Origin: Octopus bimaculoides | Lineage: Eukaryota | Direction of reading: 5' to 3' | Length of the DNA: 47,500 nucleotides | Assembly: GCF_001194135.2 (NCBI RefSeq) | Contig: NC_069006.1 | Span: 9,289,520 to 9,337,019 of the forward strand | Shown: piece after piece, positions 36,111 to 47,500 of the stretch | Layout of the letters: every line of letters begins with the position of its first letter | How positions within the stretch are numbered: position 1 is the first letter of the stretch | Made by a program: the position numbers and the translations under genes | The notes under the pieces: model-generated | Seen by the model: only the letters and a program-made list of their open reading frames with translations | Told to the model about the DNA's origin: nothing | Database searches by the model: none

Positions 36111-37186
36111 TTATAATCAATTTAAGGCAACAAGCTGGCAGAATCATTAGCATGCCAGGCAAAATTCTTGGTGGTATTTCTGCCATCTTTGCATTCTGAG
36201 TTCAAACTCCACTAAGGTCAAATTTGCCTTTCATCCTTTCAGGGTCAATAAAATAACTACCAGTTACGTACTGGGGTCAATGTAATTGACTAGCCCCCTC
36301 CCATAAAACTGGTGGCCTTGTACCAAGATTTGAAACCCTTATAATTATTATTAATTTAAGGTGGCGAGCTGGGAGATTCTTTACATTCTGAGTTCAAATT
36401 CTGCCGTGGTCAGCTTTGTCTTTCATCCCTTTCAGGGTTGATAAAATAACCCTCTGTACCATCATTATCATTTAACATCCATTTCCATGCTGGCATGGGT
36501 TGGACGGTTTGACTGGAGCTGACCAGCTTGAAGGGCTGTTCAGGTCCCATGTCTGATTTCGCATGGTTTCTACAGCTGGATGCCCTTCCTGACGCCAACC
36601 ACTCTAGAGTGTACTGGGTGCTTTTCACATGGCACCAGCACTTATGAGCCCGCAAGATAAAGGATGCTCAGCTGGAGAGGATTGCAGGAGACGAGCCTGC
36701 CGGGAGTCTCGGTCCCCTGTCATCCCCTCTGTGAGTCCCAATGACTGTAGATCCTTTTTTGCCACTCCATCCCCTTATTTTATATTCACCTTCCTGTAAC
36801 TTGAATGTTTACACCCTGACATGATTTCACCATCATCTCCTCCATTTTCAAGCTGCATTAGCCATGTATCCCCTCTATAGCAAGACACCCCTATTTGTCC
36901 TCTCATCAACTAGCTTAAATCCAACTCTCTCAGTACAATACCCTTCAGTTGAGGGTTTTTGTTTTGCAAGGTACCTGATAACTTCACTTATGCTGGTGCC
37001 ACATAAAAAGCACCCAGTATGGACAATAAAGTGGTTGGCATTTGGAAAAACATCTAGCTACAAAAGCCATGCCATGGCAGATATTGGAGCTTGGCACCAT
37101 CCTCTGGCTCGCCAGCTCTTGTCAAATCATCCAACCCATGCCAGCATGGAAAACAGAAGTTAAATGGTGTTAAAGTTAAATGACAG

Positions 37187-37335
37187 AGGCAAATTGGCTG
37201 AGTTCCTTTCAAGTGTTGGGCCTTATGGAGGCAAGGTGGCTGAGTTCTTTTCAAGCGTTGGGCCTCATGGAGGCAAAGTAGCCCAGTTTAGGCCTCATGG
37301 AGGCAAAGTAGCCCAGTTTAGGCCTCATGGAGGCA
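37187..37335 (+). repeat. Nested short tandem duplications (2 x 42 bp, 2 x 30 bp) inside an interspersed repeat
   Basis: GGCAAGGTGGCTGAGTTC...CCTCATGGA x2, then GGCAAAGTAGCCCAGTTTAGGCCTCATGGA x2. Confidence 0.8.
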
Positions 37336-37664
37336 ATGACCAAGACCTTTGGCATTATGTCGTGCTTGAGAAGAAGACCCATCAAGCCGAGCAAAATCAC
37401 AGTCATGGCAAATACTGGTGTCACGCAAATGGCACCCGTGCCGGTGGCATGTAAAAGCAACCATTACCTTCTTGGAGTGGTTGGCATTAGGAAGGGCATT
37501 CAGCCATATATAAACCATACCAAATCAGACTGGAGCCTGGTGTAGCCTTCCAGCGTGCCAACCCAGTCAAACCATCCAACCCATGCCAGCATGGACAACG
37601 GATGCTAAATGATGATGATGATGATGAAATAAATACAACTCAATGTTATCTTTAATTTCCACAG

Positions 37665-37861
37665 GTGATCTCATTATTGGACCAAGAGAAAACTTCTCTC
37701 CTGGACAGAAACAACATGATTCAACAAGAATTAACCAGTTTACAAGTGGAATATAACAAACTGAAGCGAGAGGCTTTGTTGAGGCAGGAACAAGACCGTG
37801 ATATCGCAAACAGTTTGCAGTCAGAACTGAAGAACTTCCAAAACCAGTTTGAAGAATCAAC
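37665..37861 (+). CDS. CROCC: Rootletin exon n: VISLLDQEK...RQEQDRDIANSLQSELKNFQNQFEES(T)
   Basis: tttccacag acceptor, AAC/gtaaat donor; phase 0 to 2. Confidence 0.93.
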
Positions 37862-38309
37862 GTAAATATGTTTGCCTTTTACTTGTTTCAGATGTTGGAC
37901 TCTGGCCCCGCTGGGGCACTGCTTGGAAGGATTTTAGTCACACAAATCAGACTCCAGTATTTTTTTTTGTTATCAGTTTCTTTTACTGAACTGTTAAGTT
38001 ATGGAACATAAACAAACCAACACCGGTTGTCAGGCCATGGTGGAAGATAAACACACACACATGCATACATTCATACATAGCAGGTTTCCAGACAATTTCT
38101 ATCTACCAAATTCATTCACAAAGCATTGGTCTGTAGTAGAAGACTCTTGCTCAATGTGCCGTGCACTGGGACTGAACTTGAGAGCATGTAGTTGCAAAGC
38201 AAGCTTCTTAACCACACAGCCATGCCTATAGATATAATGTGAGCTCACTAGGATTTGAACCTGGAGTCTTCTCATCGTTATTCGGGTGCATTATTCATTT
38301 CACCGTAAG

Positions 38310-38383
<74 letters not shown>

Positions 38384-38392
<9 letters not shown>

Positions 38393-38752
38393 TAATGATA
38401 ATAATAATAATAATCCATGGATGGAATTTGTAAATATTTTAATATATTAATACACGTGTTTCTACAAATCAGGTGTTTTTTTGTGACCTTTGTCTGCAGT
38501 TCTGGGATAATTACAGTCCAATGTGTAATATCCGTGAACATCAGGTGAGTCTTTGTTCATGCGTTCACCTGAATAAATGAACGTGTAAACAAAAACCCAC
38601 TTGATGACCATGGATATTAGATTGGATTGTAATCATCCCAGGACTGTGGACTAAGGTCACAAAAAACATCTGATTTGTGGAAACATACATAGCGGTACAT
38701 TAAAATATTTATAAATTCCATCCATGGATTATTATTATTATCATTACTATAT
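38384..38752. repeat. Long imperfect inverted repeat (fold-back), arms about 180 bp, loop about 10 nt
   Basis: The left arm aligns to the reverse complement of the right arm over its full length; centre CGTTCA-cctgaataaa-TGAACG. Confidence 0.92.
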
Positions 38753-40451
38753 TTATCCTACATTATATCGGCACAGCTTGATACAACCCCAAAAACTATT
38801 ATTGCAGGTTGGAATCACCAGGCCATAGCCAAAAAAATGAAACAGGAGCTTTTATATGTGTACACAAAAACGTTTCCCATAAATGAACTTGAAGGATATA
38901 TATACATATATATATATCAGGCACATGCTGTCAGTAATTACTCATGGTAGGTAATTGGTGACGTTTATGTAGTAAAATACACAAAAAAAATAAGCGAAAC
39001 ACAGGCACGTGACTGAGTTGGAGGCAGAATTACTTCTGCCTTTATAGTGCGTAAAGAAAACAGTTTTGTAGGAATGGACGCAGCATGTGTATTACAGCAG
39101 TACTATGTGTAGCTTAAATACTGAGATTGAAATGCAGGGGAGAATTATGTCTACCTAATCTATAAAAAGATTAAAATATTTTGCATTTTATGCAGAGTAA
39201 TCAGAGTAACCTTCATAATTTTATTGAATTAGGTGCATATTTTACCATGAGAGGAAAATGTTGCTATTGATCTGTTTCATTCAGGGTAGGCACTGCCTAC
39301 CCAGGTGGCACGTCCCTGATATATGTATATATATATATATTAAAACACACATACACACACATATTTCAAAGCTTTCCATTGCATCTTCCAAAAAAAATGC
39401 ATCTTTATACAGTGTACTTGCACACAAATTGCAACACATACATGAATGTCTAAGTAGGACTATGTGAAAACAAAGGGTGAAAAACCATAGTTGAGGTTTT
39501 TCTTCATTTATTTATTTGTATCATATTATTTCATTTCTTACAGGTTAATAACTTGAATACCACTTATTGTATTAGGGTAAAATATACCCTGATTATTGTC
39601 CAACTTTGTCCTCCTCTCTCTCTCACGGTCATATATATAAATTTGTGTGTTTGGATCTAAGTATGGGCGTGTGTGTTTGTGCCTGTATATGCATTTTTCC
39701 ATGTTTGCATGGGTCAAACAGGATGTCCTTTCTGTCACCAACCCTCACTTGTTACCAAGCAAGTTAATATTTCCCTGTGGCCAGATATGTTTTCCATGGA
39801 AGATTAGAAAAAACACCCCTTGTATGAAGGTGATGCTCATTTACAACCATCATGTGGTGATGAGACAAAATACTCGCACACACATGCACATACAACTTTT
39901 AGAATCAATATTGAACTGTATGTCTGTTGACTGTCCCCTGGTTAAATTGTTGACATTATGAGCAATTTCCACTGTCAAGCATTCTGTTCTTGGCATCCTA
40001 CAATAAAATTGCTTGAATCTCAATTCTTGTCTTTTCTCTTTATCATTCCCCATGAAACATTCCATGTTCACTCCTCTACAACCCTTGATTTCCAAAAATG
40101 CCTTGGAATTGGCTCAAAGTGGAAATTTGAATTCTAAAGAAATGTCTTTAGTTTGTCGTGTTCTTGTTCATAAAATGTGTAATCCAGTCGGTTGTGTGTG
40201 ACCTTGTCTGTCTATTAATAGTGAGGATGAAACATTACACCTGTGAATCAAAGGAGTTTAATAATCTGAATAATTTAACCCTTTATAAAGAATAACAAAT
40301 TTTGAATGGTACAACAATGCACTCTAATACAAAGAATGGACTATACACCAGTTGTAATTTAGTTATCCATAGCCCGAAGATATTTCTGAATAAAATTCTT
40401 TGTTCAGATATTCTTAGATGGAGTCACTACTATAAAAACCGATTGTAGCAG

Positions 40452-40515
<64 letters not shown>

Positions 40516-41846
40516 ACATTTTGAGCTTCAGTTAAACACAGGTAACCTTCAGCTTTTCCAGGGCAGGGGCTTCTTTAACCCAATATTTACCTGTTTTTGT
40601 CAATTGCTTTTCCAGGTTCAGTCATTAAAAACAAATTATTTTCACGTTCTCTCAAAGTTTCTGATTTCTTATGACGTAAACTATAAATTATATTGCATGT
40701 TGTTTGGGGCTATACTTTCTGAAATGGACTCATTAAAGGTATTCATGGCTTTTATATTTCATATGAAATTAGGTCACATGATGGCCAAATTAAATCACAA
40801 TTGGAAATACCTTAGCCTTGGTCTGTTGCTTGGCCATTTGCAAAACTGGGACAGGACTTCCATTACAATTGATCTCATGTTTAACACAATGCTACTGATT
40901 TCTACTGGCGCTCCGTCGATTACAACAATAACCATTCCAGTTGATCCAATCAATGGAACAGCCTGCTCGTGAAATTAACATGCAAATGGCTGAGTACTCC
41001 ACAGACCCATGTACCCTTAATGTAGTTCTCAGGAAGATCCAGCTTGACACAGAATGTGACAAAGCTGGTCCTTTTGAATTACAGGTACAACTCAGGTTTG
41101 CCAGCTGAATCGACTGGAGCAACGTGAAATAAAGTGTCTTGCTCAAGGACACAACACATCACTGGGAATTGAACTCACGACTTTATGATTGTAAGCCAAA
41201 TATTGTAATCCCTACACCACATGCTTTCACCATCTACAGTTGGCACTCCATCAGTTACAATGACGTGGATTCCATTTGATCCGATGAATGGGACAGCCTG
41301 CTTGTGAAATTAACATGCTTGTGGCCGAGTACTCCACAGACACATGTACCTTTAATGTAGTTCTCAAGGAGATTCAACCTGACACAGAGTGTGACAAAGC
41401 TGGCCCCTTTGAATTACTGGTACCTCTCATTTTTGCTTCAGGGGCCTGAAGCAATGTAAAATAAAGTGTTTTGCTCCAACACAAGGTGCTGTCAGGAATT
41501 GAACTCACGACCTTATGATCATGAACCGAATAGCCTAACCACAAGTCTTTACATGCTATTGATACTTATACGGACATTTACTGCTGTGCATCCCAAAGTG
41601 GCCATCTGGTTGATCAGCAAAGACTTACTCAACAACACCTTTACAACCACTGGCAGCCGCACTCTCACCTATGCAGCTCTTCTCATCTCAATGAGCAAAC
41701 TACACTTCACTCCTATTCTAAATCGTTTTTGTTTTTTTTTTCCCCTCGATCCCTCATTACTACAGCTGCACAAGTTCAAACTGAGTGTCAACCACATCAC
41801 CCTCAGTTGTCAAAAAGAAACCCCTAAGGTTAAAGGTCACGTGCAG

Positions 41847-41913
<67 letters not shown>

Positions 41914-43204
41914 CTTACCTGTTTCAGTTATTGGAGACTCCAGTCAGGCTTGATGAGTTTTCAGTCAAACAAGTCATCTCCAATATTTATTTTTTTAAAA
42001 GTCAGATACTTATTCTTTCGGTCTCTTTTGCCGAACCACTAAGTTACAGGAGACATAAACAAACCATCACCAGTTGTCAAGTGTTGGTGGGGCAAGAACA
42101 CTCGCACACACATGCACATACAAGATGGGCTTCCACACAGTTTTTGTTGAGTAAATTCATCCTCAAAGAATTTGTTCACCTGAGGCTATAGTAGAATACA
42201 CTCGCTCAAGGTACCATGCAATGGGACTGAACCCAAAACCACATGGTTGCAAAACAAGTATCTTAACCACACAGCTATGCCTGAACCTTTTTTAAGAACA
42301 AAAAAAATATATGTTTATTCTTAATTCTCTTCATTTTATTTCTTTAGATCTTATTTGTAACAAAAACCACCTGGTATTTCTTACTCATTTCTATAATTTG
42401 AGACATTACCTACAATTTTTACTTCTATGATATATATATATATATATATATTCCCTTCTGACATTTTTTCCATTTTGACCCCTTTTATATATAGCACTTA
42501 CACCCTACCTTTAATTTTTCAATGTTGCAATCTCCCCCCACCACCACCACCACCAGCTTTTATAATACTCTGTTCCTTCATTCCTTTATTTCTTTCATCT
42601 TCCTCTAAAATTCTTGTTTCTTCACCCACATCTTTATCTTAACCATTTTCTCCACCACCACCACCACCACTGCCACACCTATTTCATACTAGTTATGACT
42701 TTTTATTGTGGTAAGTTACCAAAGTCTGAAGTAACAACTGCATTAACGCTTCTCAAACATTTCCCACCTTTTGTCCAATATTCAATAACAGACTCTCTTT
42801 GCTTTGTTTTTTTACCCTTGTTCTCCATTTTCTGATTGGATTTTTGTATTTAAATTTCACCTTGTTAGACTTTAAGCAATTGCTGGTAATCCTTCGATTC
42901 TCTAGCTTTCTATTATAGACACAAGGCCTGAGATTTTTGTGGGGAGGGGTCTAGATTACATCGAGCTCAGTATGTGACTGGTACTTATGTTATTGACCCC
43001 GAAAAGATGAAAGGCAAAGTTGACCTTGGTGGGATTTGAACTCAGAATATAAAGAACCAGGAGAAATGCTGCTAAGCATTTTCTCCGACATGCTAACAAT
43101 TCTGCCAGATCACTGCCTTAACAATGATAATTATAATAGTTTCAGATTTTACCACAAGGGCAGCAATTTGGGGGGAAGGGGAGTCAATTACATCGACCCC
43201 AGTG

Positions 43205-43235
<31 letters not shown>

Positions 43236-43240
<5 letters not shown>

Positions 43241-43484
43241 GAAAGAGGACAACAAACACCAAGGCATAACAAGTACCTCAAGTCATACACATTATTATTC
43301 TTAAATCATTTGAGGTCTTACATATATTTTCCATATCTAAATCCTTTATATTTTATATTTGTCTCTGATGATGGAACACCCATATTCAGACATACTCGCC
43401 TATTCCAGAAACTGCTGTAAGACTTCAAATAATTTAAGAATAATAATTTGTTATGTTTTGGCATTTGTTGTCCTCTTTCGCAAA
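43236..43484. mobile_element. MITE-like element with ~38-bp TIRs inserted in (TA)n
   Basis: TTTGTGAAAGAGGACAACAAACACCAAGGCATAACAA versus the reverse complement of TTGTTATGTTTTGGCATTTGTTGTCCTCTTTCGCAAA. Confidence 0.75.
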
Positions 43485-43838
43485 TATATATCCGTGATAT
43501 CGGAAACCTAAAATGGTTGCATAGCTCCCGTCTCAGTTACGAGCTTGGAGCCCTGATAATCCATTGCAGCACTTACCCAGTGTACCTATTCGTTTATATC
43601 ACCAGTGAACTAAACCCCCATATTCTGCATATATATATATATATATATTATTTATAATCTTTTCTACTAAAGGCAGAAGGCCCGAAATTTGGGGAGAGGG
43701 GATTAGTCAATTGGTGTTCAGTGGTACTTAAGTATATTGACCCCGAAAGGATGAAAGGCAAAGTTGATCACAGAACGTAGTGATGGGTGAAATACTGCAT
43801 ATCTATTATTAATAATGATAAGAAGAATGGCATTTGGA

Positions 43839-44319
43839 NNNNNNNNNNNNNNNNNNNNNNNNNNNNNNNNNNNNNNNNNNNNNNNNNNNNNNNNNNNNNN
43901 NNNNNNNNNNNNNNNNNNNNNNNNNNNNNNNNNNNNNNNNNNNNNNNNNNNNNNNNNNNNNNNNNNNNNNNNNNNNNNNNNNNNNNNNNNNNNNNNNNNN
44001 NNNNNNNNNNNNNNNNNNNNNNNNNNNNNNNNNNNNNNNNNNNNNNNNNNNNNNNNNNNNNNNNNNNNNNNNNNNNNNNNNNNNNNNNNNNNNNNNNNNN
44101 NNNNNNNNNNNNNNNNNNNNNNNNNNNNNNNNNNNNNNNNNNNNNNNNNNNNNNNNNNNNNNNNNNNNNNNNNNNNNNNNNNNNNNNNNNNNNNNNNNNN
44201 NNNNNNNNNNNNNNNNNNNNNNNNNNNNNNNNNNNNNNNNNNNNNNNNNNNNNNNNNNNNNNNNNNNNNNNNNNNNNNNNNNNNNNNNNNNNNNNNNNNN
44301 NNNNNNNNNNNNNNNNNNN
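43839..44319. other. Assembly gap (481 N). Other gaps at 1338-1683, 4983-5099, 13222-13272, 17754-18103, 18399-18408 and 20008-20048.
   Basis: N runs. Confidence 1.
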
Positions 44320-44327
44320 AAGACAAG
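44320..44327 (+). CDS. CROCC: Visible 3' tip (A AGA CAA G) of a rootletin exon otherwise hidden in the assembly gap
   Basis: aagacaag/gtatgc is a phase-1 donor directly after the N run; it gives R-Q-(V) when joined to the exon at 46072. Confidence 0.7.
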
Positions 44328-44587
44328 GTATGCTGCGTATCTGCTGTTATGACATCACTTCGTTAAGACAAACCATATCAAATTTATATATAGTGGGGTC
44401 TTTATATATGAACATAACACATTCCAGCACCAAATTTGTTAACTAAATTCTTCGTTATATGAGTAATTGAAATATATATATATAAATAGGGATAATCTTG
44501 TTTTGAGTTACACCCAACCTTTACATAAAGGCATGTAACGTTTTATTTATCCACCCATCAGTAGCAAATGCTTAATAAAATACGTAA

Positions 44588-44619
<32 letters not shown>

Positions 44620-45004
44620 ATCTCCACTCCTTTTGTTATGTTTTTATCAATCAATACATAGTTATGTTTTTAGCAAAATATATAAGAAATATTATTTCCT
44701 ATATAAAATATCAAAATTTGCAAGCTATATGAACTGCATACAAAGACATTAACAAACCATTTGTGCACACTCTCCAAGCAACTTGTATGTGTGCATAGAA
44801 TAGTTATGATTCACTGATGAAATTTCATCAAGCTTAATTTTCTTCAGAAAAACCATTCATTATTCAATTTTATTTGTTCAGGGCGCTAGTCATATGTGGG
44901 TACCCTACTGAATTTTTGACAGGTGTATAATTTATTGTAATAATAACAAAGTAAGCCGTGTGTTTCATAGCGACAGCACTTTAAGACAACTCATTACTAT
45001 GTTG

Positions 45005-45390
45005 TTGCTGTTGGCACTCCGTCGCTTACGACGTCGAGGGTTCCAGTTGATCCGATCAACGGAACAGCCTGCTCGTGAAATTAACGTGCAAGTGGCTGAG
45101 CACTCCACAGACACGTGTACCCCTAACGTACTTCTCAGGGGATATTCAGTGTGACACAGTGTGACAGGGCTGGCCCTTTGAATTACAGGCACAACAGAAA
45201 CAGGAAGTAAGAGTGAGAGAAAGTTGTGGTGAAAGAGTACAGCAGGGTTCACCACCATCCCCTGCCAGAGCCTCGTGGAGCTTTAGGTGTTTTCGCTCAA
45301 TAAACACTCACAACACCCGGTCTGGGAATCGAAACCGTGATCCTATGACCGCGAGTCCGCTGCCCTAACCACTGGGCCATTGTGCCTCCA
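45005..45390 (-). mobile_element. tRNA-derived SINE family C, CpG-rich young copy. Related copies near 13888, 16692, 20215, 21975, 40900 and 41235.
   Basis: Head TGGCCCAGTGGTTAGGGCAGCGGACTC...GGTTTCGATTCCCAG; body shared with the other copies. Confidence 0.82.
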
Positions 45391-46071
45391 CCATTACTAT
45401 GTAATTAATTGTAAAAAGATCAAAGTAGGCTGTGTGTACTGTAGTGACAGCACCTCGTTAAAATAAGCCATATAATCTATTTAATCTATTGCAATCATAG
45501 TAATGAAGCTTGATTGGTATTTTTATTTTATTTCAATTTATTTTCATATAAATAATTTTGTACTTATTCTAAGAAAGTGCATTGGGAGAAGATTTACAGA
45601 GAAAATAATTGGGAGAGATTTTTGTCTGTTTTTACTTTTGGGAAGTGTGTAGGGTGGTGTGACCATTTGTCAAAGTTTATCTGGAAAAGTTAGGCTGATT
45701 CAAGATGGTACCACAGACGGTAGCCAAAGAAGGGTAGCGAATTCTAAAGTAGTATGGTTGAGAGGAAGTAAGGCGTTCATTTGATGCATAAAATCCACAC
45801 CAGGGCAATTTTTAATGACCCTGCTCTGTATTAAGAAAGGATGTGCCGGAAAACGAATGAAGGAAAGAAACGTTTTGTTGTGTGTGTGTGTGTGTGTAAT
45901 TTTTCCTTTGCAATGATGAGTGCAACACCCTGTCCACTAAGCCGCATGCTTTCACCTGTTCAATCTATACAACATTGATAAACAGCAAAAACATTGTATG
46001 TAATGCTAACTAAACAATAAATATAGAAATAAATAAATAAAAGTTATGTTTTCTTGAAATGAAATTTCCAG

Positions 46072-46257
46072 TTGAAGAACAAAAGGAATTGATGAGAAAA
46101 GATACGATAGAACTGAAGAGAAATATTTACGATGAAACGAGAGAGAAGGAAGCTTTGGAACGGACGTCAGATGAACTTCGTAATGCCATTAAGAAGTGTG
46201 AAGGAGAGAAAATGGAACTGAATCGGAACTTGCAAGAATATCAGCAAAAGAATGGAG
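46072..46257 (+). CDS. CROCC: Rootletin exon p: (V)EEQKELMRKDTIELKRNIYDETREKEALERTSDELRNAIKKCEGEK...KNG
   Basis: atttccag acceptor, GAG/gtatta donor; phase 1 to 1; resembles the recalled human EREALRRSNEELRSAVKKAESE segment. Confidence 0.9.
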
Positions 46258-46598
46258 GTATTAATTAGTGTTTTATCTTTTAATTGTTTCAGTCAGCTGG
46301 GCCAACAAAAACTTTGTGAGTGGATTCATCAGAAGAGTAGATGGAAACTGAAAGAAGCTTGTTGTGTGTGTGTGTGTGTGTTTGTATGAATTTATGTGTT
46401 TGTGTGTAACCTTGTCTGGCCATGGGGGAATATCACCTTGCCCAAAAACAGGAAAAGATTGGTAATAAGAAGGGCATCAAGCCAAGGAAAATCTAACTCA
46501 GTAAATTCCATCTGACCCATGCAAGCATGGAAAAGTGGACGTTAATTGGTGATACATGTATAAACACAAACACATGCACACACACACACACATATATA

Positions 46599-47500
46599 CA
46601 GAGTGCAGTGAATATATTGTCGTCTAAATTACACAAAATGAAAGTAACACTGACATCTCATTTTAACAGATATATTTACCAAAATTACATAAAAATATCT
46701 ACAAATACAAAAGAGTAAATTTATTCTAAAAAATCGCCATTGGCTTCAACCATGGCCTCCAGACGACTTTGGAATCTCCTGCAACTCCTCTGGACAGTCT
46801 CCTTGTTCAAGTTGGTAAATGCTGCCATAATTCTTGCCCTCAGTTCATCTTTGGTGTTAGAAGGAGTTTTGTTGGTCTTTCGCTCAACTGCGCCCCACAC
46901 ATAATAATCAAGGGGGTTGCAGTCTGGGGAGTTAGGTGGCCAGATGTTAGGGGTGATGTGGTTGCAGAAATTGTCTGACAGCAATGACTGGGTTCTCCTA
47001 CTTGTGTGGCATGGTGCAAAGTCCTGTTGCCAGACATAGGATCTTTCCACAGCCACCCTCTTCACCCAGGGCAGCACCACCTCCTCCAGGCACTTGATAT
47101 AGACCCCTGTGTTTAGTCTGAGGCCATGTGGTAAGATGAATGGAGGCATAATGTCACCATCACTAGTGATCACTTCAAACACCATGGTGTTGACTGGACG
47201 TTTGAATTTTATCACTCTCGGTAGATGTCCTCAGATTGATGCACAAACACTCTGAAATGCTTACATGGAGCTTCTGGCCGCGAATGCCAGGCAGTACAGC
47301 ATGTCATTTCAAAATTTTGTGTGATGGTGCTGTTTTTCTCACAGACAGTGCCCAACTGACCCTACCATACTGTGTTGTCAACAAAATCCAAAACAAACAA
47401 TGTGCATGTATGAAATTATAAATATAAAATGGCAACAATTTACCCATCATACCATATATACATAGTGATGCGACCACCGAGAAACAAAATAACATTATGT
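46599..47500 (-). mobile_element. Internally deleted Tc1/mariner-superfamily DD37D (maT-type) transposon; 5' end runs off the window
   Basis: ORF 46721-47215 has WQQD-x37-D (WPPNSPDCNPLDY) and ends ANGDFLE*. The end TA|CAGAGTGCAG is at 46597-46599. An HTH-like relic (HAVLPGIR...ISECLCINLRT) lies at about 47225-47320. Confidence 0.9.

Larger units (their letters stand above)
7592..46257 (+). other. CROCC: Partial multi-exon rootletin (ciliary rootlet coiled-coil protein) gene; 5' and 3' ends outside the window
   Basis: Exons have AG/GT boundaries and matching phases. The spliced protein contains rootletin-like motifs as I recall them from human CROCC: LQTALIRLEEEQQR, VNAMLREQLDQA, LWKSVVTFRR, LNKRQMQVQ, LNESLGQDK, QRERDDSLLLAENEKQQ, RQEQDR. 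Confidence 0.93.

Noticed and set aside
38918-39318. Possible hAT-like element (CAGGCACATGC ... GGCACGTCCCTG)
   Set aside because: Termini have 3 mismatches in 12 bp and the TSD lies in TA microsatellite, so it is not verifiable
40604-40972. Acceptor-like TTTTCCAG plus a 122-aa ORF as the missing rootletin exon
   Set aside because: Hydrophobic, non-coiled-coil composition; the frame required after phase-2 exon n is not the ORF-track frame; the gap-edge donor explains the missing exon better
41466-42191. 241-aa ORF
   Set aside because: Runs through SINE, poly-T and (GT)n sequence; no recognisable domain or coiled-coil character

Overview
AT-rich eukaryotic draft-assembly window with N gaps, (TA)n/(CA)n/(TAA)n/(GAT)n microsatellites and dense SINE/MITE content. 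The repeat landscape looks like octopus (coleoid cephalopod) DNA, but that is an inference. The only host gene I can support is the middle of a + strand rootletin (CROCC, ciliary rootlet coiled-coil) orthologue. Fourteen GT-AG exons (7592-37861) splice by hand into one open frame of 944 codons. One exon is almost entirely hidden in the 43839-44319 gap, with only its last 8 nt visible, and one more exon lies at 46072-46257. Start and stop are outside the window. The introns hold tRNA-derived SINEs, CR1 and R4/Dong-like LINE 3' remnants, an internally deleted DD37D (maT) transposon, hAT, Tc1/mariner and pogo MITEs, a Helitron and HINE-like elements. The most notable unexplained structures are a 30-bp satellite with a 209-bp higher-order repeat inside a hAT element, a ~370-bp near-loopless fold-back, a ~125-nt pre-miRNA-like hairpin and a closely spaced inverted SINE pair. 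I found no convincing new multi-gene system. Most ORFs in the supplied track are repeat read-throughs. All homology calls are from recalled motifs, not database searches.
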